Below the pieces are notes generated by a model, which had not been told where the DNA came from, searched no databases, and saw only the letters and a list, made by a program, of their open reading frames with translations. Below, one piece after another: positions 20,764 through 29,216 of a DNA stretch of 64,000 bases. A program made the position numbers and the translations under genes. The stretch is from Alphaproteobacteria bacterium (GTDB lineage Bacteria > Pseudomonadota > Alphaproteobacteria > RS24): positions 83,350 to 147,349 of the forward strand of contig CBFIIT010000001.1 in NCBI GenBank assembly GCA_965662725.1, read 5' to 3'. Positions within the stretch are counted from its first letter, which is position 1. Each line of letters starts with the position of its first letter.

Positions 20764-21381
20764 TCATGGGCGGGCGCTGCGCCGGAGCCGCAAATAAAAT
20801 GCGCCATCGCCGCCATGATTGGGGGCCGCGGCACCATATTCGGCAATTTGCGCCGCCAAAGGAGGGCTGGCCAGCCAATCGGGCAAAGCGCCGCGCAATT
20901 TACCTTCCCCACGCACCCCCTTGCCGGTGATGACCAATATCCAGGTTTTTTTCTGCGCCACCGCCGCGGAAACAAAACCGATGAGCGAACGATGTGCTTG
21001 TGCCAGGCTCAAGCCGTGCAAATCAAGTCGCGCCTCAATATCAATATGGCCGCGCGATAAGCGTCTTTTTGCTTTTTGGTCGAGGCCGATACGCGGCGGC
21101 GGCTTTTGAGGCTTAAGCACCGGCGCGGGCGCCATAGCGGCTTTTTCAGCGCCACGCATAGCGGGCGGATTATCGGTTTTTGAGGCAGTCGGTTTGGGTG
21201 GTTTTTGCCCCGCCGGTGTTTCCAAATGACGGTTTTTTGCTGTTTCCGGCAAGGGTGTGGTGCTGGCTTTTAGGCGCGCCCATGCGTCATCACCCGATTT
21301 TTTTTTAGATTTATTCTCCAGTGTTTTCGGCGGTGTTTTCGGCGGTGCTTTCCCCGGTGATTGATGTGACTTTTTCTTCAT
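20764..21381 (-). CDS. Smr/MutS2-C domain protein
   Basis: The C-terminal Smr domain reads [18 protein letters not shown]...ILVITGKG. The N-terminal half is a basic Pro/Lys-rich low-complexity region. Confidence 0.8.
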   Translation of the reverse strand: MKKKSHQSPGKAPPKTPPKTLENKSKKKSGDDAWARLKASTTPLPETAKNRHLETPAGQKPPKPTASKTDNPPAMRGAEKAAMAPAPVLKPQKPPPRIGLDQKAKRRLSRGHIDIEARLDLHGLSLAQAHRSLIGFVSAAVAQKKTWILVITGKGVRGEGKLRGALPDWLASPPLAAQIAEYGAAAPNHGGDGAFYLRLRRSARP

Positions 21382-21401
21382 GGCGCAGCTATCAAACCCG
21401 C

Positions 21402-22214
21402 TTATTCACCTTGCGTCGCAATCAAAGTCCAATTTGGTGCTGCGCCACGCTGTCCTTCAAAACGCCACACATCAAGGCTGGTCGTCGGGGCCGGCAAATC
21501 ATCTTCGGCAATTTCTTCGCCGACCGGAAAAACCGCAGAAATAATTTCAGCGCGGAACCGCACATCCAATTGTATAGCCGTCTCGCTGACAGTTGCATCT
21601 TCCAAAGCCGGACGGTCCATGCGCAAAATCTGCGTTACCAATTGTTGGCCATTATCGCGCCGCGCAATAATTGCGGCGGCAAAACCGTCTGTCACTTCGG
21701 CCCCTAAAAACCCTTCAACCGGCGATAAATCGCCATTGGCGAAAGCAGTCAATATCATCTCATAGGCACTGGCCGCACCATCCAGAAAACCGGCTTCGTC
21801 AAATTTCGGCTCCACTTCGCGCAAAAACGCCAAGCCGCGGCCCATTTCCGGCATGGGTGTCTGTTCTGCAAAAGGTTGGGTTTCGTCCGGCTGCCTGTTT
21901 ATCGCTTCATCTTCTTGTGTCGCTTCTTCGTGAACTTCCGTCGCCTGACTTTGTGCCGGCGGTGTTGCGTCTATTATGTTATCGGTGCTGCCTTCGGGTT
22001 TATGCACATCGCTTGCCTGTTCTTCTTCATCTTTCGCCGACGGCTTATTGGCAAAAGCATCGCGATGGAGGCGATAGGCATCGGCACGCGAGCTCGGCTG
22101 TTCATCATCATTGCGTGTGCCCAAAACCGAGCGCAAACGCCAGCCGATAAGGGCGACAATAATCAATAAAATCAGATTGAGCGGATCCATAGTTTTTTCC
22201 TTTTCTATCGTCAA
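21402..22214 (-). CDS. Tim44-like domain protein (membrane-anchored)
   Basis: It has an N-terminal TM helix (LNLILLIIVALIGW), an acidic linker and a C-terminal Tim44-like domain. This matches the conserved alphaproteobacterial neighbour of secB. Confidence 0.72.
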   Translation of the reverse strand: MTIEKEKTMDPLNLILLIIVALIGWRLRSVLGTRNDDEQPSSRADAYRLHRDAFANKPSAKDEEEQASDVHKPEGSTDNIIDATPPAQSQATEVHEEATQEDEAINRQPDETQPFAEQTPMPEMGRGLAFLREVEPKFDEAGFLDGAASAYEMILTAFANGDLSPVEGFLGAEVTDGFAAAIIARRDNGQQLVTQILRMDRPALEDATVSETAIQLDVRFRAEIISAVFPVGEEIAEDDLPAPTTSLDVWRFEGQRGAAPNWTLIATQGE

Positions 22215-22295
22215 TATGGCGATTTTTACTGAAAATGCAAAGCGCTGGTATTTCGCCCATGCTGCGTTATGCTGGCGCAGGAAAGGAACCGCTTC

Positions 22296-22790
22296 ATGGC
22301 CGCCACATTGCTTGCTCTGCTGATTATATTGCCGATGATTGAGATTTATCTTTTCATCGAGATTGGTGGCGCGCTAGGGACCGGATGGACGCTTCTTTTA
22401 ATCGTCGCCACCGCTGTTTACGGCATGAATGCAATGCGCCGCCAAGGGCTGGCGGTTTTGGCCGAAGCGCAAATGGCGCAAGCCGCCGGTCGCCCGCCGG
22501 TTGCCGCAGCGGCGCATGGCGTGCTTATTTTGCTCGGCGGCGGCATGCTTTTACTGCCCGGTTTTTTCACCGACACAATCGGCATTTTATTGCTTATCGG
22601 TTTTATCCGCCTGATTGTTCTGGAGACCGCTTTGGGCATGGTGATGCCGTTTATGAGCGCTGCGGTTTTTCGCCCGCAAAACAGCGCTGACGCAAAATCC
22701 GAAAGTCGACAAAACCGACCGCAAAAAGAGCCGATTGACGGGCAAATTATAGAAGGCGACTACCGTGTCGATGATGATGAGGCGCGCTAA
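22296..22790 (+). CDS. fxsA: FxsA-family membrane protein
   Basis: LPMIEIYLFIEIGGALGTGWTLLLIV and LLLPGFFTDTIGILLLI are FxsA motifs. ATG 22296 is preceded by AGGAAAGGAA. Confidence 0.8.
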   Translation: MAATLLALLIILPMIEIYLFIEIGGALGTGWTLLLIVATAVYGMNAMRRQGLAVLAEAQMAQAAGRPPVAAAAHGVLILLGGGMLLLPGFFTDTIGILLLIGFIRLIVLETALGMVMPFMSAAVFRPQNSADAKSESRQNRPQKEPIDGQIIEGDYRVDDDEAR

Positions 22791-22895
22791 GAAAGAGACT
22801 TTTCTAAATCATAAAAACCGCTAAAGTCGCGACAGATACGAAACCATACTTAAGACTTATCTTAAGACCGAAAGACAGACCGAAAGGCAGGCAAC

Positions 22896-23384
22896 ATGGC
22901 TGATAATGAACAAAATAATGACCCGCAAGCGGGACAAGAAGCAGCCGGGCCAAGCCTGCAAATTATGGTGCAATATGTCCGTGATTTATCATTTGAAAAT
23001 CCCGGCGCCCCAAATTTCGCCGGCACGCAACCTGAAATCGGCGTTAATGCCAATGTCGGCGCGCGCAAATTGAGCGATACGGATTATGAAGTCGGATTGA
23101 AATTTCGCATTGAAGCGAAAGCCGAAGACAATGTGCAATTTATTGCCGAACTGGAATATTGCGGCATCTTTCGTTTGATGAATATTCCCGAAGAAGAAAT
23201 CCGACCGGTCATGCTCATTGAGGCACCGCGGCAATTATTCCCTTTCGCCCGCCGCGTATTGGCCGATGCAACACGCGATGGCGGCTATCCGCCGATTATG
23301 CTGGACCCGATTGATTTTCTAGCGCTCTACCAGCAAGGCCAAGCAGCCGAGCAAGAAGGCGGTGATAGCCCCGCCATTAATTAG
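22896..23384 (+). CDS. secB: Protein-export chaperone SecB
   Basis: 162 aa. LQIMVQYVRDLSFENP and FPFARRVLADATRDGGYPPIML are SecB signatures. Confidence 0.93.
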   Translation: MADNEQNNDPQAGQEAAGPSLQIMVQYVRDLSFENPGAPNFAGTQPEIGVNANVGARKLSDTDYEVGLKFRIEAKAEDNVQFIAELEYCGIFRLMNIPEEEIRPVMLIEAPRQLFPFARRVLADATRDGGYPPIMLDPIDFLALYQQGQAAEQEGGDSPAIN

Positions 23385-23406
23385 GGCGTTTATTTAGGGC
23401 GTTTCT
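23381..23406. repeat. 13-bp tandem duplication (x2) at the secB/dnaQ convergent junction
   Basis: The copies are ttagggcgtttat / ttagggcgtttct. The secB stop (TAG, 23382-23384) lies in copy 1 and the dnaQ stop (complement of 23394-23396) lies in copy 2. Confidence 0.85.
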
Positions 23407-24119
23407 TCACAAGCCGCCTCGGCCAGCCATAGGGCGCGCTGCGGCAATTGACGTAAAAATTCTTGATGCGCTTCTGCTTCCGCTTGCGTCAAACGCGGTG
23501 GCAGGGCGGCTTCGCGGCGACGGCGCGGTTGCGCGGGGTGCATATGTGCCGTTTCACTGGGCGCAGTAGGATCGGCCTTTTGCGCGGCCTGAAACACCAA
23601 GCCCGGTTGGCGTCCGCCCGATAATTCCAAATAAACCCCGGCCAAAAGCTCACTATCGATAAGGGCGCCGTGTAAATCGCGGTTTGAATTATCAACCCCA
23701 AAGCGGCGGCATAAAGCATCGAGGCTGGCCGGCGCACCGGGAAATTTTTTCCGCGCCATGCTCAATGTGTCGATAATCTCATTATCGCGCAAATCATCGC
23801 GCCCCAAACGTGCCAATTCAGCATTTAAAAATTTCATATCAAACGCGGCATTATGAATAATCAGCGCCGCGCCTTTGACAAAAGCGGCAAACTCATCAGC
23901 AATCTCAGCAAAAAGCGGTTTATCGGCGAGAAATTTTTCGCTTAGCCCATGCACCGCCTCAGCCTCGCGCGGCATATCGCGCTCAGGATTGATATAAACA
24001 TGATAGGTATTGCCGGTCGGCAAGCGATTGACCAACTCCAGACAACCGATTTCTACAATTCGATCGCCGTTTTTCGGGTCCAATCCAGTGGTCTCCGTAT
24101 CTAAAACAATTTCTCGCAC
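23394..24119 (-). CDS. dnaQ: DNA polymerase III epsilon subunit (3'-5' exonuclease)
   Basis: [14 protein letters not shown] is the Exo I motif, [10 protein letters not shown] is Exo II, and [17 protein letters not shown] is Exo III. Confidence 0.92.
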   Translation of the reverse strand: MREIVLDTETTGLDPKNGDRIVEIGCLELVNRLPTGNTYHVYINPERDMPREAEAVHGLSEKFLADKPLFAEIADEFAAFVKGAALIIHNAAFDMKFLNAELARLGRDDLRDNEIIDTLSMARKKFPGAPASLDALCRRFGVDNSNRDLHGALIDSELLAGVYLELSGGRQPGLVFQAAQKADPTAPSETAHMHPAQPRRRREAALPPRLTQAEAEAHQEFLRQLPQRALWLAEAACEETP

Positions 24120-24167
24120 CAGCCGCTTTTCTCCCGTTTTTTCTCGTTTATCCCTTGTCCAAGCCGC

Positions 24168-24803
24168 TTAATCGCGCTTAGAGCGTTGCATGCGCGCCGC
24201 CAGCTTCGTGCCCTCACGCCCCTTGATTTGGTCTAAAATAGCATGCACTTGGGTGGCCGCGTCTTCAAGCGATATCGAGCTGTCCACAATAAAATCGGCT
24301 TTCGCGCGCTTGTCTTTATCAGGCACTTGTTTGGCCAAAATATCATTAAACCGCTCTTCGCTCATGCCCGGTCGCGCCAAGACGCGCTGCTTTTGTACCT
24401 CAAAAGGGGCCGACACAACGACCACACAATCAACAAAAGCCTCACCGCCGGTTTCAAATAAAAGGGGAATGTCCAAAACCACGGCAGCCGCGCCATCGCT
24501 TTTTGCTTGGTTCAGAAAATCAAATTGGCTTTGGCCGGCGAGGGGATGAACAATCGCTTCTAATTGTTTCAGTTTTTCCGCATTTTTTAAAACATGCTGG
24601 CCCAAAATGGCACGATCTACCGCGCCGTCTATGACCGCTTCGGGCACCAATGTTTTAATCGGTTCGACCGCCGCCCCGCCTTTTTCATATAACGCATGCA
24701 CCGCCGCATCCGCGTCATAAACCGGCACATTGGCAGCGGCAAAGATTTCCGCCGTTGCCGATTTGCCCATGCCGATGGAGCCGGTCAATCCAATCAAATA
24801 CAT
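24168..24803 (-). CDS. coaE: Dephospho-CoA kinase
   Basis: The P-loop [12 protein letters not shown] is near the N-terminus. ATG 24803 has AAGGA 8 nt upstream, and ATG 24812 is an alternative. Confidence 0.9.
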   Translation of the reverse strand: MYLIGLTGSIGMGKSATAEIFAAANVPVYDADAAVHALYEKGGAAVEPIKTLVPEAVIDGAVDRAILGQHVLKNAEKLKQLEAIVHPLAGQSQFDFLNQAKSDGAAAVVLDIPLLFETGGEAFVDCVVVVSAPFEVQKQRVLARPGMSEERFNDILAKQVPDKDKRAKADFIVDSSISLEDAATQVHAILDQIKGREGTKLAARMQRSKRD

Positions 24804-24830
24804 CTCACCCATCCTTATGTTTGCCGGTTT

Positions 24831-25712
24831 TTACGAAGCGGCGTTTAAATCAGCCAATAATAATTGTCGCAGCCGGTCATCGACAATCGGCCTGTCGCCA
24901 AACCAAATCTCAAATGACAAAGCTGCCTGATGCATCAGCATGCCGAGACCATCAATAGCGATGTAGCCGGTCTTTTCAGCAGCCGATAAAAGCGGTGTTA
25001 TGAGCGGCGTATAAACAATATCGCTGACCAAAGCCTTATCATCCAAACCGCCAAGCGCAATTTCCAAATCCGGCTGACCGGCCATGCCGAGACTGGTCGT
25101 ATTGACCAAAAGCCCGCAGCCTTCCGCCAGCTCATCTCTATCGTCCCATTCACCAATGCGCAGCCCATCGGCCAAGCCGATAAGCGCCTCGGCCTTGGCG
25201 CGTGTGCGATTGACCAGTCGAATATCGGTTAAGCCGGCACGCCCCAAAGCAGCGATAATGGCGCGCGCCGCGCCGCCTGCCCCCAATATTAAAACCGGCC
25301 TATCGCGCCAAGCCGCATATTCTTGCGAGCCGTCGCCCGACGGCTTGTCAGCCCCATCAAGGCCGGCGAGAAACCCGTCCCCATCCGTATTGGCACCATA
25401 TAAAGCACCATCGCGAAAACTGATTGTATTGACCGCGCCCAGTTTTTTCGCCGCCGGCGTTAACTCATCCATCGCGGCAAATGCCGCTTCTTTATGCGGC
25501 ACGGTAACATTGGCACCGATAAAACCATCCGCCGCCATTTCTTTAAGCCGCGCTTTAAAATCATCTTTCGGATCGATCGGATAGCGTAGATAGTCAGCCT
25601 TTATATTATGCGCATTGAGCCAGTGACCATGAATGAGCGGCGAGCGCGAATGGCTGACCGGCCAGCCGATAATGGCCAGCTTATCTTTCTGTGTTTTTGG
25701 CGCAACGCTCAT
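24831..25712 (-). CDS. aroE: Shikimate dehydrogenase
   Basis: IIGWPVSHSRSPLIHGHW, NVTVPHK and LILGAGGAARA are AroE motifs. Confidence 0.92.
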   Translation of the reverse strand: MSVAPKTQKDKLAIIGWPVSHSRSPLIHGHWLNAHNIKADYLRYPIDPKDDFKARLKEMAADGFIGANVTVPHKEAAFAAMDELTPAAKKLGAVNTISFRDGALYGANTDGDGFLAGLDGADKPSGDGSQEYAAWRDRPVLILGAGGAARAIIAALGRAGLTDIRLVNRTRAKAEALIGLADGLRIGEWDDRDELAEGCGLLVNTTSLGMAGQPDLEIALGGLDDKALVSDIVYTPLITPLLSAAEKTGYIAIDGLGMLMHQAALSFEIWFGDRPIVDDRLRQLLLADLNAAS

Positions 25713-26323
25713 CCGATAAGGCCGCCATGACGGCGCAAGCCATCCAAAACCGGCAAAAGCGGTAGGCCCAAAATGGAGAAATAATCGCCATCAATCTCAG
25801 AAAATAAATGCGCGCCAAGGCCTTCCAATTGATAGCAGCCGACCGAGCTTAATATTTTTTCGCCGGCAGTGGCCAAATAAGCGTCTAGAAATTCATCGCT
25901 AAAGGCGCGCATGGTCAAACAAACGCGCCCGCTATGCTGCCATATAATGTCGCCATTCTCGACCAAGACAACGCCGCCGACGAGATAATGCTGCTTGCCG
26001 CGAAAAATCTGTAAATTTGCGCGCGCTTCTTGCATGTCGCGGGGCTTGTCAAATAACCGCCCGTCACATTCCAAAATTTGGTCCGCGCCGATAATCAGCC
26101 CATCGGTTTTAACCGCCTTGGCTTTTTCAGCCGCTAGAGCCAAGGCCAGGTTTTCGCCATCGCCCTGATGGTTTTGTTTCAACGCATCCTCATCAACGCC
26201 GGACACTTGCACATTAAATGGCAGTCCCGCACCGGTTAAAACTTGCGCGCGTATTTTGCTTTGTGACGCCAAGGTCAGTTTTTTTGTCAGCTGCATTTCG
26301 TTCAATATCCCGTTTATTTTCAT
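25709..26323 (-). CDS. maf: Maf-like nucleoside triphosphate pyrophosphatase
   Basis: LTLASQSKIRAQVL, IIGADQIL and AYLATAGEKILSSVGCYQLEG are present. There is a 4-nt overlap with aroE. Confidence 0.88.
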   Translation of the reverse strand: MKINGILNEMQLTKKLTLASQSKIRAQVLTGAGLPFNVQVSGVDEDALKQNHQGDGENLALALAAEKAKAVKTDGLIIGADQILECDGRLFDKPRDMQEARANLQIFRGKQHYLVGGVVLVENGDIIWQHSGRVCLTMRAFSDEFLDAYLATAGEKILSSVGCYQLEGLGAHLFSEIDGDYFSILGLPLLPVLDGLRRHGGLIG

Positions 26324-27157
26324 TTATGGCCGCTGGTCGCGGGCGCGTTCATGGTCGTGATATAAATTCATTATCGCGCTGGCAATCTCTTCTACCGATC
26401 GGCGCGTTACATCAATCACCGGCCATTTTTGCCGCGCAAACAACCGTCGCGCTTCGGCAATTTCCCCACGGATCAATTCCGGATCAACATATTCGGTTTC
26501 GCTATCCTCGTTTAGCGTCAAAAGCCGATTGCGGCGTATGGCCTGCAACCGCTCCGGACTATTGGTCAGGCCGACAACCAGCGGGTGGCTGGCTTTCAGC
26601 AATTCAGCCGGCGGGTCCATGCCGGGCACTAGCGGCACATTGGCGGCTTTAATGCCGCGATTGGCAAGATAAATACAGGTCGGGGTTTTTGACGTGCGCG
26701 ACACGCCGGTCAAAATTATATCGGCCTCATCCAAATCGCCTTGGCTTTGGCCATCATCATGCTGGATGGTATAATTAAGCGCATTGATGCGGCGAAAATA
26801 ATCCGTATCCATAGAGTGCTGGCGGCCCGGTTTGTTCGAAATCTCGACGTTTAGATAGGGCCCTAATTGTTCGACAAAGGGCTGTAAGACCGAAATACAC
26901 GGCACCCGCAGCGCATCGCATGTTTCATGTAATTTCTGTCGCAAACGATCATCCAAAATCGAATACATGACCGGGCCCGGGTTTTCTTTCAGCTCTTCCA
27001 ATACCCGTGCCAGCGCCTTTTGACCGCGCACCAGCCCATATATATGCTCGACCGGTTGCGCGTCGACAAATTGCGAACACACAGCGCGCGCCACCGCTTG
27101 AATGGTCTCACCGGTACTGTCGGAGATTAAATGCAGATGAAAATATGTGACGCTCAA
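26324..27157 (-). CDS. Pyruvate,phosphate dikinase / PEP synthase regulatory protein family (DUF299; RP001-like)
   Basis: FHLHLISDSTGETIQAVARAV and GVSRTSKTPTCIYLANRGIKAANVPLVPG are kinase/pyrophosphorylase signatures. The start is TTG. Confidence 0.88.
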   Translation of the reverse strand: MSVTYFHLHLISDSTGETIQAVARAVCSQFVDAQPVEHIYGLVRGQKALARVLEELKENPGPVMYSILDDRLRQKLHETCDALRVPCISVLQPFVEQLGPYLNVEISNKPGRQHSMDTDYFRRINALNYTIQHDDGQSQGDLDEADIILTGVSRTSKTPTCIYLANRGIKAANVPLVPGMDPPAELLKASHPLVVGLTNSPERLQAIRRNRLLTLNEDSETEYVDPELIRGEIAEARRLFARQKWPVIDVTRRSVEEIASAIMNLYHDHERARDQRP

Positions 27158-27587
27158 AGGGCGCTCCGATATGGCTCGGGTGACAGTTAATTATGTGAAT
27201 AATGAGGATAAGTCGCACCGTGCGGCAAGCCAAGAAATTTTGTCCCCGCTGCCATTTTCTCATCCCGCGGTTTAAAGCGATTTATTAACTCGATAAAACC
27301 TCTCTGTGGAAACAGGGAAGAAAAAAATGTTGCCGTAATATGCCTATTAATCCCCCTTATTAACAAAATTCACATATCAAAAAATCGCTGGGTTTATTAG
27401 CTTTTTGAAAAAAATAATAAGCTTTTGGGGAAAAATTCGCGCTATCCCCATAGTTCACCCTGCTTTATCACCAAAGGCGCAATTGGGGAGAAATCTGTGC
27501 GAAACCAGTAATCAACAGAAATTGCCTGTGACAACAACAACAACATCCTTTTATTTAATTAATAAACAAAAAGAGGTAAGCACAAGC
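27158..27587. other. Predicted chromosomal replication origin (oriC / Cori-type)
   Basis: This is the largest spacer in the window and is AT-rich, with A/T tracts at 27361-27425 and 27541-27575. It contains these DnaA-box-like 9-mers: TGTGAATAA (27194), TGAGGATAA (27203), TGTGGAAAC (27305), TGGGGAAAA (27426), CTATCCCCA (27442), TTATCACCA (27465) and TGGGGAGAA (27484). It is flanked by the conserved hemE / RP001-like origin gene cluster. Confidence 0.65.
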
Positions 27588-28625
27588 ATGGTTGAAAACA
27601 GCACCCAATCAAAAAAGCTTTTGGCAACTCTCGCAGGTGACCTAACCGGGGCCCCTCCGATTTGGCTGATGCGCCAAGCAGGGCGTTATTTACCCGAATA
27701 TCGAGCGACACGCGAACAAGCAGGTGGTTTTCTGGATTTATGTTATAACCCGCAACTGGCTGAAGAAGTCACGTTGCAACCAATCAGACGCTTCGGTTTT
27801 GACGCATCTATTTTATTTGCCGATATTTTGCTTATCCCCGAAGCTTTGGGACAAAAATTATGGTTTGAGACCGGTGAAGGGCCGCGATTGACGCCGATTG
27901 AAAATGGTGACGTGCTATCGCTCGATAATGCGCAAGCGCATTTAGCACCAATTTTTGAAACTGTGCGCCGTTTGTCGAACAGTCTGCCCGAACAAACAAC
28001 CCTTATCGGTTTTGCCGGCGCGCCATGGACAGTAGCCAGCTATATGGTTGCCGGTCGCGGGACGCCCGACCAGGCGCCGGCGCGTGATTTGGCGCAAAAA
28101 GACCCGGCTGCATTTCAATCGATTATCGATATTTTGATTAGTGCCAGTATTGATTATTTGGCAGCGCAAGTAGCAGCCGGAGCGGAGGTTCTACAAATTT
28201 TTGAGAGCTGGGCGGCATCACTTAAAGGCGACGCTTTTGAGCGCTGGTGTATTGCCCCGGTGGCGGCAATAATTAGCGGCTTACGCGCGCGCGGCATTGA
28301 TGTGCCAATTATCGCTTTTCCGCGTGCTGCTGATTATCATATGGGCGCTTATTGCACGCAAACCGCCTGCACGGCGCTGGGCTTGGATACGTCAGCCGAT
28401 TTGGATGCGATACGCGCCGAGGTCGGGCCTGATATGGTATTGCAAGGCAATCTCGATCCGCAAATATTGGTCGCCGGTGGTGCATCACTGGAGCAAGCGG
28501 TTCGGGATATTCTTGCGCGGACACAAAATACGCCGCATATTTTCAATCTCGGTCATGGCATTGTGCCGCAAACACCGCCGGAAAATGTCGGCCGATTAAT
28601 AGAGCTTATTCGCGAGACAGGCTGA
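27588..28625 (+). CDS. hemE: Uroporphyrinogen decarboxylase
   Basis: PIWLMRQAGRYLPEYR is the signature near the N-terminus when translation starts at ATG 27588, which has AAGAGG 11 nt upstream. The track's 61-aa extension (27405-27587) runs through the AT-rich spacer and has no HemE counterpart. Confidence 0.95.
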   Translation: MVENSTQSKKLLATLAGDLTGAPPIWLMRQAGRYLPEYRATREQAGGFLDLCYNPQLAEEVTLQPIRRFGFDASILFADILLIPEALGQKLWFETGEGPRLTPIENGDVLSLDNAQAHLAPIFETVRRLSNSLPEQTTLIGFAGAPWTVASYMVAGRGTPDQAPARDLAQKDPAAFQSIIDILISASIDYLAAQVAAGAEVLQIFESWAASLKGDAFERWCIAPVAAIISGLRARGIDVPIIAFPRAADYHMGAYCTQTACTALGLDTSADLDAIRAEVGPDMVLQGNLDPQILVAGGASLEQAVRDILARTQNTPHIFNLGHGIVPQTPPENVGRLIELIRETG

Positions 28626-29071
28626 TGGATTTTTTAACCGATTATTATCGCTGGCTTTTGGCATTTCATATTATCGCCGTGATGTTTTGGATGGCCGGTA
28701 TGTATTATTTACCGCGGCTGTTTGTTTATCATGCGGAAGCGTTGGAAAATGGAACGGCGCATGAAATGTTTCCGATAATGCAGGAAAAATTACTGCGCAT
28801 TATTATGAACCCGGCGATGATTGCCGCTTGGATTTTCGGTCTGTCTTTGATTTTTGCTGCCGGGCATTGGCCGATCGGCGATATTTGGCTGGTCGGCAAA
28901 CTGGCTTGCGTGATTGCGCTGACCTTTTATCACGGGTTTTTGGCCAAAACGCGCAAAGATTTTTTAATCGGAACATTGCCGCGCCCATCAAAATTTTATC
29001 GGATGATCAATGAAGTGCCGCCGGTTCTAACGGTCATCATCGTTATATTGGTTATTGTGCAACCATTTTAA
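28625..29071 (+). CDS. hemJ: Protoporphyrinogen oxidase HemJ (UPF0093/CopD-like membrane protein)
   Basis: 148 aa with 4 TM helices. FHIIAVMFWMAGMYYLPRLFVYH is the HemJ signature. The start overlaps the hemE stop (TGATG). Confidence 0.85.
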   Translation: MDFLTDYYRWLLAFHIIAVMFWMAGMYYLPRLFVYHAEALENGTAHEMFPIMQEKLLRIIMNPAMIAAWIFGLSLIFAAGHWPIGDIWLVGKLACVIALTFYHGFLAKTRKDFLIGTLPRPSKFYRMINEVPPVLTVIIVILVIVQPF

Positions 29072-29078
29072 AGTGCGC

Positions 29079-29107
29079 TTGAGAAAACCGGCTTGCTGCG
29101 CTATAGT
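29079..29107 (+). promoter_or_regulatory. Candidate sigma-70 promoter for rho
   Basis: TTGAGA (29079-29084), a 17-nt spacer, then TATAGT (29102-29107). This lies about 110 nt upstream of the rho ATG. Confidence 0.5.
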
Positions 29108-29216
29108 CTAGTTTCCTACCGAGGGCCGCCAGCCGGCACTATTTGTTTTTCGTAAAAAATTGTTGCGGGCCCGGGTTTCGGGCGGCCGGCATTTTCTTAT
29201 TTTCGCGAGCGTGATT

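Noticed and set aside
21321-21356. This is a 12-bp tandem repeat (gtgttttcggcg x2 plus a degenerate third copy).
   Set aside because: It lies in-frame inside the Smr gene. It simply encodes the low-complexity [11 protein letters not shown] segment of the N-terminal region, so it is a coding repeat and not a regulatory element.
22849-22888. Short direct repeats upstream of secB (cttaagac x2 and gaccgaaag x2) include a TTAA-N8-TTAA arrangement. This could be a CtrA site.
   Set aside because: The spacing is N8 rather than N7, and the second half lacks the C of TTAAC. The repeats are very short and could arise by chance in a 105-bp spacer.
27405-27587. This is the ORF-track N-terminal extension of hemE (MKKIISFWGKIRAIP...). 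It could be read as a separate leader peptide or a longer HemE.
   Set aside because: The extension runs through the AT-rich putative origin and has atypical composition, including a TTTTT run of Thr codons from acaacaacaacaaca. The conserved HemE N-terminus begins right after ATG 27588, which has its own AAGAGG Shine-Dalgarno sequence.
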